64,000 nucleotides of DNA from an uncultured Clostridiaceae bacterium (GCA_947381905.1 CANCXL010000006.1:448-64447); one strand, 5' to 3'; shown: positions 1-9,590, counted from the stretch's first letter. Program-made: numbers and translations. Notes: generated from the letters alone by a model not told the origin.

Positions 1-218
1 TTATTTTCATCTGTAATAGCATAAACTGTAGATTTCATCTCAAGTTCTTTAGAGTTTTCATTTACCACCATAGTAGACTCAATACTATATTTTATTATTT
101 TTCCTTCTAATTCTTTATCTACATCTTTTAATAAAACCAAACCTTTATTTACTATTAAAATTACTAATATAAATATACAGACTATAATTGTAGTAATTAT
201 AACTATTCTTTTATTCAT
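1..218 (-). CDS. hypothetical membrane-anchored protein, N-terminal part only (gene runs off left edge)
   Basis: ATG at 216-218 (minus) preceded by GAGGAGA SD. Translation MNKRIVIITTTIIVCIFILVILIV... is a TM anchor. Frame is open to position 1. Confidence 0.5.
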   Translation of the reverse strand, partial: MNKRIVIITTIIVCIFILVILIVNKGLVLLKDVDKELEGKIIKYSIESTMVVNENSKELEMKSTVYAITDEN

Positions 219-309
219 CTTATCTCCTCGCATAGCTAAAATTTATTCAATTTATTTAATTTTATCATTAATATAAATATTAGTAAATATAATAACACAT
301 ACTATTTTT

Positions 310-1809
310 ATGATGTATAATTTTGAATCAATATGGGATGATACTATACAAAAAACTCCCAAATATAATAAATTAAATAAAGATATTAATACATATGTAT
401 GTATAATTGGTGGAGGAATCACCGGAATAAGTACTGGATACATGCTACACAAAAACAACGTGGATTTTGTATTATTAGAAAAAAATAAAGTATGTAATAA
501 TACTACCAAGTTTTCTACCGCTAAAATTACAAGCCAACATGGACTTATTTATTCAGATATTGCCAAAAAATATGGCTTAAAATATGCTAAATTGTATCTT
601 GAAGCAAATAATGAAGCAATATCTAATATAAAAGAAATTGTGCAAAAAGAAAATATTGATTGTGACTTTACAGAACAAGATTCATATATATTCACTCAAA
701 AAATGCAATATAAAGAAAACATTAATAATGAAGCTCAAATTTTAGCCAAATTAGGTTTTAATGGCTTTGAAGTTTTAAATAGTACAGAATTACCAATTAA
801 TACCAGTTATGCCATTAAATTTAAAAATCAGGCAAAATTTAACCCTAAAAAATATACCTTATCTCTTGCTAATTTAATTAAAGATAAAATGTATGAAGAT
901 TCTAATGTAATTAATATAGAAAAAAATGGTAAATCATATATTGTTCATACTCCAAAATATAAAGTATATTGTAAGAAAATAGTAATTGCCACACATTTTC
1001 CAATTAAAGATATCCCTGGCTTTCACTTTATTAAAATGTATCAAGAGACATCTAATGTAGTAGCTATAGATATAAAAGATAATACATTTAATGGTATGTA
1101 TATAAATGCAGAAACTCCAACTATATCACTAAGATCAATGATATATAAAGATCATAATATACTACTTGTTGGTGGAAACGAATTTAAAACTGGAGATTTA
1201 ATTCAAGAGAATAAATATAGTTTTCTTGAGAAACTAGCTTATCAAATGTATCCTGATTGTAAAATAATAAAAAGATGGAATACTCAGGATTGTATGACTT
1301 TAGATAAAATTCCATACATTGGTAATTTTTCAAAATTTTATCCTAATGTATATGTGGCAACTGGGTTTAATAAATGGGGAATGACAACATCAAATGTCGC
1401 AGCAAATATTATAAAGGATAAAATACTAGAAAACAAAAACAAATATGAAAAAGTATTTAATGCAACAAGACTGCATCCAATAAGAAATAGTAAAGAATTA
1501 TATTACAATATGAACCAAACTATACAATCTGAAATTATAAATAAACTAAAAATTAAAAAAGACACTATAGATAATATTCCAATTAATACAGGTAAAATAA
1601 TAAAAGAAAATAATATAGCAATAGGCGTATACAAAGATGAAAAGGGCAATATATACAAAGTTCATCCGTATTGTAGTCATTTAAAATGCTTGCTCACATT
1701 TAACTCACAAGATAAAACATGGGATTGTCCTTGCCATGGATCTAGGTTTGATATATATGGTTATATTATAAATAATCCTGCTAATGAAGATATAAAAACA
1801 TATTTTTAA
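310..1809 (+). CDS. FAD-dependent oxidoreductase fused to a C-terminal Rieske [2Fe-2S] domain
   Basis: N-terminal dinucleotide fold IIGGGITGIS. C-terminal Rieske ligand pattern CSHLKC...CPCHGS. Confidence 0.85.
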   Translation: MMYNFESIWDDTIQKTPKYNKLNKDINTYVCIIGGGITGISTGYMLHKNNVDFVLLEKNKVCNNTTKFSTAKITSQHGLIYSDIAKKYGLKYAKLYLEANNEAISNIKEIVQKENIDCDFTEQDSYIFTQKMQYKENINNEAQILAKLGFNGFEVLNSTELPINTSYAIKFKNQAKFNPKKYTLSLANLIKDKMYEDSNVINIEKNGKSYIVHTPKYKVYCKKIVIATHFPIKDIPGFHFIKMYQETSNVVAIDIKDNTFNGMYINAETPTISLRSMIYKDHNILLVGGNEFKTGDLIQENKYSFLEKLAYQMYPDCKIIKRWNTQDCMTLDKIPYIGNFSKFYPNVYVATGFNKWGMTTSNVAANIIKDKILENKNKYEKVFNATRLHPIRNSKELYYNMNQTIQSEIINKLKIKKDTIDNIPINTGKIIKENNIAIGVYKDEKGNIYKVHPYCSHLKCLLTFNSQDKTWDCPCHGSRFDIYGYIINNPANEDIKTYF

Positions 1810-1831
1810 AACACTTTAATATTAAAAACAT

Positions 1832-1857
1832 AAAGAAGCTGGTTAAACAGCTTCTTT
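1832..1857. terminator. bidirectional rho-independent terminator between convergent genes
   Basis: Perfect 10-bp stem AAAGAAGCTG/CAGCTTCTTT with 6-nt loop, flanked by A/T runs. Confidence 0.7.
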
Positions 1858-1869
1858 ATTATTACTTTT

Positions 1870-3408
1870 TTAATATATTGTTTTTTCTATAAAGTCTAGT
1901 TCTTTTCTTAAACCATCAGTAATTTTACCTTTTTTCTTTATACTTGATATGACTTCTTTTACAGCATTTTCCGATCCATCAAGATCACTTAATTTCCAAA
2001 TATAATTTATTACCTTTTTACTTAAGTTATATGACTTGTAATATTCGTTTAATATATCATTTTTATATTTTTCTATTATTTTTTCATTATAGTCATTATA
2101 CAAATATGGTATATGATCACTAAATGTTTCCAAATTCACATTATTAATTAAGTCATATATTTTTTCTTTTTGATTTTCATATTTATATAAAAGAATTCTA
2201 TCCTTTAAAGAACCTTCTCTTTCTACTAATAGATAATATGTAATACATTCGTCAAGTGTGTACTTTTCTCTTAATATTTTATAATACTCTATAGATTTAT
2301 ATTTAAAGCATTCCTCTTTTATATAATTATAATATTTATCTTTGTCTACATATGAATATGATTCGATTAAAATTTTTCTATATTTCTCTTCATTTTCTAT
2401 CCTAAATTCTTTAATTATATCTACTATTATCTTATATTCTTTATATTTATATAAAGTCTCAATTACTTCATCAATATAGCTAAGATCTTTTCTAAATAAA
2501 ACTACTTTATTCACTAGATTTTGTATTGCATTTTTAGAATTTAGATATTTACTTTCTAAAATATATAATATTGTAATATAGAGTATATTATTATTTGAAA
2601 ATGAATTAATTTTATTATTTACCACGTCATATAATTGTTGCGCTTTCCTTTCATTATTAGTATTTTGTATTATAATTTCTAATACATCGTCTTGAATATC
2701 ACTCACATTTATAAATTTTAACCAATTTATAATATAGTCATATCCTTCATCATCTTTTGCTATTTCTTCTATAACACTATTTACTATACCATTACAGTCA
2801 TAAAACAAATCGTAAATTTCATCATAGTCTTCATCATAGTAATAATCCTCGTCTTCATCATAGTAATCTTCAACATATTTTATCCAGCGCTCTTTATATA
2901 TAAATTCATATAAATATCTTATAAAATTAAAAATATTTTCTTTATCTTCACTATAATGCTCTAATGCCATCTTACAAGACTCGTCTACAAAACAAATAAA
3001 CTCATCTATCATGTCATAGTCTATACAATCCCCATCATATAAACCATTCTTAATTATTTCCTCATTAAAATAATTTATATATTTATTATCACTAATTTTA
3101 TTATCAATATTTAAATTTTCTATTACATTACTTTTATCTTTTAAATAATATAATACAGCTGCAATATGCTTACAATTAGTATTTGATCTATAATAAGGAC
3201 AAGTACAACTCAAATTTTCAATTTTTTCCTCATCAGTTGAAATTCTAACTTTATATGTCATATTTCCATTTACTAAGGCTTCATATTTTTTACCATCACT
3301 AATAACTCTTTTTACTTTTCCATCAATGTAATAATCATATCCTCTTTTTAAAATTACCATATCAAAGTATTTTTTTAAATTTCCTATATCCATATTTCTT
3401 TCCCCCAT
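1870..3408 (-). CDS. SWIM zinc-finger domain protein with long helical, acidic Tyr/Asp/Glu-rich body
   Basis: CTCPYYRSNTNCKHIAAV fits the SWIM CxCxnCxH signature near the N-terminus. Start may be the second ATG at 3393 (GGGGGA SD). Third gene of a tightly spaced operon. Confidence 0.7.
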   Translation of the reverse strand: MGERNMDIGNLKKYFDMVILKRGYDYYIDGKVKRVISDGKKYEALVNGNMTYKVRISTDEEKIENLSCTCPYYRSNTNCKHIAAVLYYLKDKSNVIENLNIDNKISDNKYINYFNEEIIKNGLYDGDCIDYDMIDEFICFVDESCKMALEHYSEDKENIFNFIRYLYEFIYKERWIKYVEDYYDEDEDYYYDEDYDEIYDLFYDCNGIVNSVIEEIAKDDEGYDYIINWLKFINVSDIQDDVLEIIIQNTNNERKAQQLYDVVNNKINSFSNNNILYITILYILESKYLNSKNAIQNLVNKVVLFRKDLSYIDEVIETLYKYKEYKIIVDIIKEFRIENEEKYRKILIESYSYVDKDKYYNYIKEECFKYKSIEYYKILREKYTLDECITYYLLVEREGSLKDRILLYKYENQKEKIYDLINNVNLETFSDHIPYLYNDYNEKIIEKYKNDILNEYYKSYNLSKKVINYIWKLSDLDGSENAVKEVISSIKKKGKITDGLRKELDFIEKTIY

Positions 3409-3422
3409 AGAATAAATATTTT

Positions 3423-4442
3423 TTAAACCAATTTATATTTATTATATAACTTACTATTATATTTAATCAAATTATTTTTAGCAAGTCTTCCTACAATAAA
3501 GCTCATTGGTATTTTATATTCTTTAGACTTTTCACATAAATAATCTTCATCAATATTTTTAGATATGTTTATCCATTCATTTTGACTAATCATAGTATTA
3601 ATTGCAAATAAATCTGCTCTTTTTTCTCTTTCATCATCGCCATCTATAATCGTTTTACTTTTTGCCATATTATAATCACTTTTACAATGTCCTAATTCAT
3701 GAAATATTTCAAAGAAAAATGAATCTTTTCCAGAATAATTATCTGTTATATATATAGCTGGTGTATTTAATTTTACTTTGAAGCATCCTCTAACTTTTGT
3801 TCCAGGCAAAGCTTTTTCACATACAAATATTATCCCATATTTATTTAATATTTTGGTTATTCTTTCTATATCAATTCCTTCATTATATGATTCCTCAAGC
3901 AATTCATAAATCAGTTCATTAAATTTTGAGCTGTCATATTTTTCTATACTTTGACTATTACTAATTTCATCGCAATGAGCTATCCATAAAGCTAACTTAT
4001 AATAATTTTCTCCAGACTTTTTAAATAATACAAATTGTTTTATGTCATTTAATACCTTAAAGTTACGGACTTTTAAAAAATTTAATATATCCATAGCATT
4101 TTGATAAACATTTGTCACATCTTTAAACTCAATCCATTTCCTTTTAATAACATTTGTTATATTCATATCTTCATATAATATTTTTTTTAAATCCTTTTCA
4201 CAAGGATACTCTTTTCTAATATTTTCTTCAAGAATTCTTGCTGTCTCAATAGAAATAATAAAAGAAGTTGGTATACCAGTTAAAGTTGCAATGCTAACTG
4301 CCATACACGGAGTTATATTTTTTTTACCTTTTATTAATTCATTCATATGTTTTTGACTAATACCAAGTCTTATAGCAAATTCAGACTGAGATATATTATT
4401 ATCTATCAAATAATCTTTTAAATAATCTCCAAAACAAACCAT
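3423..4442 (-). CDS. XRE-family HTH fused to ImmA/IrrE (COG2856-type) zinc metallopeptidase, HigA-like antitoxin/regulator
   Basis: N-terminal HTH (NISQSEFAIRLGISQKHMNELIKGKK), HEXXH motif FHELGHC, AGGAGG SD lying inside the end of the upstream toxin gene. Confidence 0.8.
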   Translation of the reverse strand: MVCFGDYLKDYLIDNNISQSEFAIRLGISQKHMNELIKGKKNITPCMAVSIATLTGIPTSFIISIETARILEENIRKEYPCEKDLKKILYEDMNITNVIKRKWIEFKDVTNVYQNAMDILNFLKVRNFKVLNDIKQFVLFKKSGENYYKLALWIAHCDEISNSQSIEKYDSSKFNELIYELLEESYNEGIDIERITKILNKYGIIFVCEKALPGTKVRGCFKVKLNTPAIYITDNYSGKDSFFFEIFHELGHCKSDYNMAKSKTIIDGDDEREKRADLFAINTMISQNEWINISKNIDEDYLCEKSKEYKIPMSFIVGRLAKNNLIKYNSKLYNKYKLV

Positions 4443-4455
4443 TCTTCTTTACCTC

Positions 4456-4692
4456 CTATCCTTCACCATAATGCTTATCATCAATACATAAAAACCAAAC
4501 CTCTACTATATCTTTCAATATATATGGATATTTTCCAACTGGTTTAATATATAACCTTAATTTAGAATTTATTCTCGCAGTATATATGTCTTTTAGATTT
4601 CCTTTTTTCTTTTCTAACATATAATGCAAATGTATTGGATTTAACATTACATCTTTTAAGGTTTTAGATTGTTTCAAAAATACTTCCAGCAT
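4456..4692 (-). CDS. RelE/ParE-superfamily (HigB-like) toxin; true start probably upstream at about 4779-4782 on a non-ATG codon
   Basis: ARINSKLRLYI...VWFLCIDDKHYGE resembles the RelE/HigB core. It sits directly upstream of the HTH antitoxin (HigBA gene order). The frame stays open for 29 more codons up to a GAGGTG SD. Confidence 0.6.
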   Translation of the reverse strand: MLEVFLKQSKTLKDVMLNPIHLHYMLEKKKGNLKDIYTARINSKLRLYIKPVGKYPYILKDIVEVWFLCIDDKHYGEG

Positions 4693-4816
4693 TTCTATTT
4701 CCTTAATCTCCTTAAATAAATGCTTATCTAAAATCTTCTTTTTATAGTCTCTAGTGTATTGCTTATTCTTTAGTATAATTATTTAAATCACCTCGCAATA
4801 TCACTATGTTGATTAT

Positions 4817-4846
4817 ATTATAACCTATAAAGTAATAACATGTCAA
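4817..4846 (-). promoter_or_regulatory. sigma-A-type promoter of the toxin-ImmA-SWIM operon
   Basis: Minus-strand TTGACA (4841-4846), 18-nt spacer, TATAAT (4817-4822). Flanked by inverted 8-mers AATATCAC (4797-4804) and GTGATATT (4855-4862). Confidence 0.5.
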
Positions 4847-4888
4847 TAACACGGTGATATTTAGAGTATAAACTTATAATATAAAAAA

Positions 4889-4918
4889 TACAAGAAATTT
4901 TATTTCAAATTTCTTGTA
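4889..4918 (-). terminator. rho-independent terminator after HEPN-like gene 1
   Basis: Stem TACAAGAAATT/AATTTCTTGTA followed by a T-run on the minus strand. Confidence 0.7.
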
Positions 4919-4966
4919 TAATTTTGTACCAATATTCTTAATAAACTTTATGAAAATTGTAATAAG

Positions 4967-6352
4967 CTAAATAATAATATTATTAAAAAAAATCTTAGTA
5001 TGTAAATTATTTATGCTATTTTTTATATGTATTTCATCTAAGCCTAATCTATAAAGTTGCATTACATATATAAATCTACTTAAAAAAACAGCTCCTAAGA
5101 TTCCATCATTTTCTAAATCAATTTGCATATGTCCATGTGCATAGTCATTTCTTAGATCACTTAACTCCTTAAATATATTGTCCCTATTTCTTACATCATT
5201 AAGATTTATAAGATGTTCTAAAATTGGTTTAGCAAAAGTAATAAGCTCGTCATATGCGTATTTTAATTTTCCATCTAAAGTATCTTTGTACATATTTTCT
5301 ATTGTCTTATTAACTATCCTTTTTTGAAGAGAATTACATTCTAATTTCATATTATTAAGTTTGTTTTCTAAATCTCTAAGTTTACTTACTTTGCCAGGCT
5401 TATGCTTTATTCCTTCAGGAAATAATTGATCAAATTCCCACTCAAATGCAGATGTTAAATTTATTACTCTATCTAAAGTAATTTGTTTTGCTTCAATAAT
5501 ATCCTTAGGAATATGTCTTATAAATAATTTCTTGTCTGATATCGCTTGAATAATTTTTTCTTCAATTGGCAAAATATCGTCATGATTAATTATATGTTTA
5601 TAAATATAATCCTCTTCAACTCCATTATTGAGCTTATTCTCTCTTTTATATGTATAATAGAAAGTGCCACAATTATATAATCTGTTGTTTTCATCAAAAG
5701 AATATATAATTATTCTATCATCTAAAATGTTTTGGCGATATGAAATATAAGAATAAAAAATATGTAACTTATTATATATTTTTATTATATCTTTAAAATT
5801 TTCCATTTTGTCTTTTAAAGAATATTTTGCAAATGTATTAAGTGTCAATGGATTTTCATTATTTCTATTTAATTTTCTAGCCACATAATAATAGTACTCT
5901 ATTTCTTTATTATCTATTTTTATCTTTTTTATTTCACTTTTTACATCTCTGAAATTATTTACCTTAATAGATATCTGTTTATCATCATCTAAAGTAATTT
6001 CGTTAAGAGCTTTGTTTGTACTATAAAAAGCATTTAATTCTTTAAATGACATTTCAAATGAATTAATCTCATGTTCTCTGTTGTCTTTAAATTCAATATA
6101 ACCAATTATTTCAAATCTTTCTTTTCCATCTATATAGTCCATTGTATTATTATGAAAAATTATACCTTTATTCCAGTTCGGGAAAAAATTAACATGTAGC
6201 TCTTGTATTTCAGAAATAAACTCATTTTTACAATTAAACTTTTCAAAAATTTTACTTATATTAATTCCACTTGTATTTGAGATTTCAATAACGCCATCTT
6301 CTATTTTAAAAAAATACATCTTTTCATTTAACTTAAAAAAACCAGTTTTCAC
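4967..6352 (-). CDS. HEPN-like (Rx4H) protein with large N-terminal domain; ApeA/Abi-type architecture
   Basis: GTG start with GGTGAT SD. C-terminal helical region carries LRNDYAHGH, with the His 55 aa from the C-terminus. Own terminator. No other recognisable domain. Confidence 0.55.
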   Translation of the reverse strand: MKTGFFKLNEKMYFFKIEDGVIEISNTSGINISKIFEKFNCKNEFISEIQELHVNFFPNWNKGIIFHNNTMDYIDGKERFEIIGYIEFKDNREHEINSFEMSFKELNAFYSTNKALNEITLDDDKQISIKVNNFRDVKSEIKKIKIDNKEIEYYYYVARKLNRNNENPLTLNTFAKYSLKDKMENFKDIIKIYNKLHIFYSYISYRQNILDDRIIIYSFDENNRLYNCGTFYYTYKRENKLNNGVEEDYIYKHIINHDDILPIEEKIIQAISDKKLFIRHIPKDIIEAKQITLDRVINLTSAFEWEFDQLFPEGIKHKPGKVSKLRDLENKLNNMKLECNSLQKRIVNKTIENMYKDTLDGKLKYAYDELITFAKPILEHLINLNDVRNRDNIFKELSDLRNDYAHGHMQIDLENDGILGAVFLSRFIYVMQLYRLGLDEIHIKNSINNLHTKIFFNNIII

Positions 6353-6463
6353 TATATATCACCAATATATATATATCACTTTATTATTTTACTGTCAATA
6401 TTAGACTTATTTGCTTAAATAATACTAATTAGAAGTTCTAATATCTTAAAACTTCATTAAAAA

Positions 6464-6485
6464 AGTACTAGTAAAAACTAGTACT
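6464..6485 (-). terminator. rho-independent terminator after wze
   Basis: Stem AGTACTAGT/ACTAGTACT with 4-nt loop, T6 on the minus strand. Confidence 0.75.
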
Positions 6486-6492
6486 CTTAACC

Positions 6493-7239
6493 TTATGATA
6501 TTCTTCTAAATTTATCATCATATTTTATCATCTGATTACTTGTATAATGTGAATAATCTTTAGCATAGTATTTCATTTTATCCATAGGCATTTTATTTAT
6601 TACTACACCTAATATATTACCACCTACACTTAATATTTTTTCTTTTGTTTCAAGTAATGTTTCTCTTCTTGCTTTACCTATTCCACAAGTAAGTATTACT
6701 CCATCTACTTTATTACATAGTATTATACTATCAGTTACAATATTTGCTGGTGGTGCATCAACAATAATAACATCAAATTTATCTTTTAAATTCTCTAAAA
6801 TTGCTGCAAATTGTTCACTTTCTAAAAGCTCTGATGGATTATGTGGTGTTATTCCAGTTGGTACTACATATAAATTCTCTATACCTGTAGACTGAATTAG
6901 CTTGTCCATTTCTTCATCTAAATATACACTACCTTTACATATTTTTTTGTTATTTAACACACTAGAAAGTCCTACAGTATTATCTATATTAAATACTTCA
7001 TGTTGTCTTCCTTTTCTTAAATCTGCATCAATTAATAATACTCTTTGTTTAGATTGTGTAAATGCTATTGCAAGATTTGATGCTGTCCAGCTTTTTCCTT
7101 CTCCAGGAGCAGAACTTGTAATTAAAAACATCTTTGAACCAGTTTTATTCATTTTATATGTAAGATTTGTTCTTAAAGTTCTAACTGCTTCTGATACTGG
7201 AGATTTTGGAGCTTCATGAATAATTAAATCTTTTCTCAT
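6493..7239 (-). CDS. wze: capsular polysaccharide tyrosine autokinase (CpsD/CapB/Wze type)
   Basis: PKSPVSEAVRTLRTNL N-terminus, Walker A SAPGEGKS, Walker B VIIVDAPP. ATG at 7239 follows an AAGAGGTG SD. Confidence 0.9.
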   Translation of the reverse strand: MRKDLIIHEAPKSPVSEAVRTLRTNLTYKMNKTGSKMFLITSSAPGEGKSWTASNLAIAFTQSKQRVLLIDADLRKGRQHEVFNIDNTVGLSSVLNNKKICKGSVYLDEEMDKLIQSTGIENLYVVPTGITPHNPSELLESEQFAAILENLKDKFDVIIVDAPPANIVTDSIILCNKVDGVILTCGIGKARRETLLETKEKILSVGGNILGVVINKMPMDKMKYYAKDYSHYTSNQMIKYDDKFRRIS

Positions 7240-7251
7240 ATCAAACACCTC

Positions 7252-7950
7252 TTAATCTTTAATTTCTGGTATTACTGCAAGAGTTTCAAGTCCTAATAGT
7301 TCTTCTATTTCTGTTTTAGACTTAACTCTTGTATCAAAATAGAATATTAAAAATAATATGCCACAAGATACTACAAATCCAGCTGCACCAAATAGTCCAG
7401 CATTTTTAGTATAATTTACATTACTAGGAACTTTACTTGGTATTGCTTTATCTATCACAGTAACATTTTCAATGTTATATATTTCTCTTACTTTTTCTTT
7501 AAAAACATCAGATAAACTATTTGCAACATTTGCTGCAACAATAGGATCTTCATTTTGTACTTGAATTTTTAACATCTCTGTATCATCTTTTGCATTAACA
7601 GATATGTTAGACATTAAAGATTCTTCAGATATTTCAAGTCCTAAAGCTGTCTTTACTTCTTCTGCAACTGCTCTACTTTTCATTATTTCACTATATGTTG
7701 AAACAAGCTTTGAGTTTAATGTTATATCTCCTTGTGTAATTGCTTCACTAGACGTAACATATGAATTATTTGCAGTAGTTGGTTTAGATAACACAACTGT
7801 GGTTACTGCAGAATACATTGGCGTAATTAGAAATTTAGTATATAATACGCCTGCTACTACTCCTAATATAGTTAAAATAATTACAAAGAATTTCTTTTTA
7901 AAAATATAATATAGTATTTCTTTTATATCAATCTCTTCCATAATCATCAC
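7252..7950 (-). CDS. wzz: polysaccharide chain-length determinant / kinase modulator (Wzz/CpsC/CapA type)
   Basis: Two terminal TM segments around a soluble loop. Located directly upstream of the tyrosine kinase. Confidence 0.85.
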   Translation of the reverse strand: MMIMEEIDIKEILYYIFKKKFFVIILTILGVVAGVLYTKFLITPMYSAVTTVVLSKPTTANNSYVTSSEAITQGDITLNSKLVSTYSEIMKSRAVAEEVKTALGLEISEESLMSNISVNAKDDTEMLKIQVQNEDPIVAANVANSLSDVFKEKVREIYNIENVTVIDKAIPSKVPSNVNYTKNAGLFGAAGFVVSCGILFLIFYFDTRVKSKTEIEELLGLETLAVIPEIKD

Positions 7951-8040
7951 CGATAAAAAAATTATATAATATTTTTATAAGAAAAATCAAGGGGATAATA
8001 GTGATTTTTAGAGGTTATAAAAAATATTTCTAATATACTA

Positions 8041-9321
8041 TTATAATAAAATTTCTTTAGTATATAAAATATTTAACATACTTAGTCTTAAATTGCCACA
8101 ATCTAATTGTATTAATTTGTACATATTTAACAAAATACAATCTTCGATAAACATAATATATTTTTTTATTTTTAATTCATCTAATTTAATTCCTAGTTCG
8201 GATATGCTATGAATATAGTATGTTCTAGCATCTTTTATATTTTTTGATAACATTAATATTTCGTCATCAGAAAAGTTAAAATTTTCATTTACATTATTTA
8301 TTAATTCATATACCATAGATCTAAATTCAGGTTCATCACGTCTTCTTATATTCAATACATTGGTTCTTGCTAATGATTGATCATATAAAAAATTTCTGCA
8401 AAAATTTTCTATCATTGCAAAACAATTGATTAATCTTATTGTTGATGGAACAGTATACTTTGTTACATCATTATAAAGTTCCATTATTGGATACATTACT
8501 TCTGCTTTATCAAAAAAATTATTTATACACTCTCCAAAATTGTTTATATCTTGTAACTTAATTGAACAATCCTCCATTAATCTTTTATAGTTATTATTTA
8601 AATACTTATACTTATTTTCTTTAATACAATTAATTAAATAAATAGATTTCTCTTTATCTAAATACATCATTTTATCTTCAAATTCAATATTTTTTCTTTG
8701 TATTATCATTAATAGATTCATTAATGTACATGATTGTTTCTTTATTTCATAAAAATTTAATACTTTATCATTACATATTTCAAATACTATGTCACTATTT
8801 AATAAAACTTTATTATCTATTTCTAGAATACAGGGGTATGTAGCAACAGATAATTTCCCAAAATTCGTATTATAAGTATAAATTTTTGAAGAGTATTCAA
8901 TATTTTTATTTAGGAAATTATTTTTAAATATATTACATTCTACAAAACTATTAATATCCTTAAAAAAAATACTATAATTTTTAAAACAAACGTTTTCTAT
9001 TGCATCATATCTTTTACCGATAATAATCCAATCCAAATTATATGATGCATGATATATATTTTTTTTACTTTTCGATGTGTAAGTTGTTCCTGTTGAAGGA
9101 TGAGATAAAGTAATAATAGTTATTGGAATGCCAGATGATGTTTCTGTTCCAGAAAAAAACATTTCATTGTCATTAATGAATTTAAATATTTCATCATTCT
9201 CATAACTAAAATTTAAAGTGATAAAATTATCTTTTTTCTTTATATTTCCTATGATTTCATACTTATCAATATTAAACTTAATACTTAATCCTATCAAATC
9301 TTCTCTTGTTTTTATATCCAT
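8041..9321 (-). CDS. HEPN-like (Rx4H) protein 2 with large beta-rich N-terminal domain; ApeA/Abi-type architecture
   Basis: ATG at 9321 behind an AAGGTGA SD. DARTYYIHS motif, with the His again 55 aa from the C-terminus. N-terminal G..ITL and IIIG strand motifs. Confidence 0.55.
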   Translation of the reverse strand: MDIKTREDLIGLSIKFNIDKYEIIGNIKKKDNFITLNFSYENDEIFKFINDNEMFFSGTETSSGIPITIITLSHPSTGTTYTSKSKKNIYHASYNLDWIIIGKRYDAIENVCFKNYSIFFKDINSFVECNIFKNNFLNKNIEYSSKIYTYNTNFGKLSVATYPCILEIDNKVLLNSDIVFEICNDKVLNFYEIKKQSCTLMNLLMIIQRKNIEFEDKMMYLDKEKSIYLINCIKENKYKYLNNNYKRLMEDCSIKLQDINNFGECINNFFDKAEVMYPIMELYNDVTKYTVPSTIRLINCFAMIENFCRNFLYDQSLARTNVLNIRRRDEPEFRSMVYELINNVNENFNFSDDEILMLSKNIKDARTYYIHSISELGIKLDELKIKKYIMFIEDCILLNMYKLIQLDCGNLRLSMLNILYTKEILL

Positions 9322-9557
9322 TATATTCACCTTATAATATATTATCATATTTGTTTCTAATAATACATTTTTTTATAATTTTTTAAAAATATTTTAGGAA
9401 ATCTAATATTATATTTAAAAGATTGTAATAATTTAAAATAATTCTAAAAATACTCAAATATTGATATCAATAAATTAGTTTGTTATTTCAAATAAAACAA
9501 AAACAACTTGATTAAAATGTTAAAATAATTTATTTCAAACTTAGAATTTAAATATAT

Positions 9558-9590
9558 TAAAAAAAGAAGGATTTTAAAATAAATCCTTCT
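9558..9590 (-). terminator. rho-independent terminator ending the glycosyltransferase/wzx operon
   Basis: Stem AGAAGGATTT/AAATCCTTCT followed by T7 on the minus strand. Confidence 0.75.

Noticed and set aside
252-509. 85-aa minus-strand ORF overlapping the start of the FAD/Rieske oxidoreductase
   Set aside because: It overlaps the GxGxxG-encoding region of a strong gene, and no SD is present.
6902-7909. Plus-strand ORFs (105 aa, 101 aa) inside wze and wzz
   Set aside because: They are antisense to genes with clear family motifs and have no SD.
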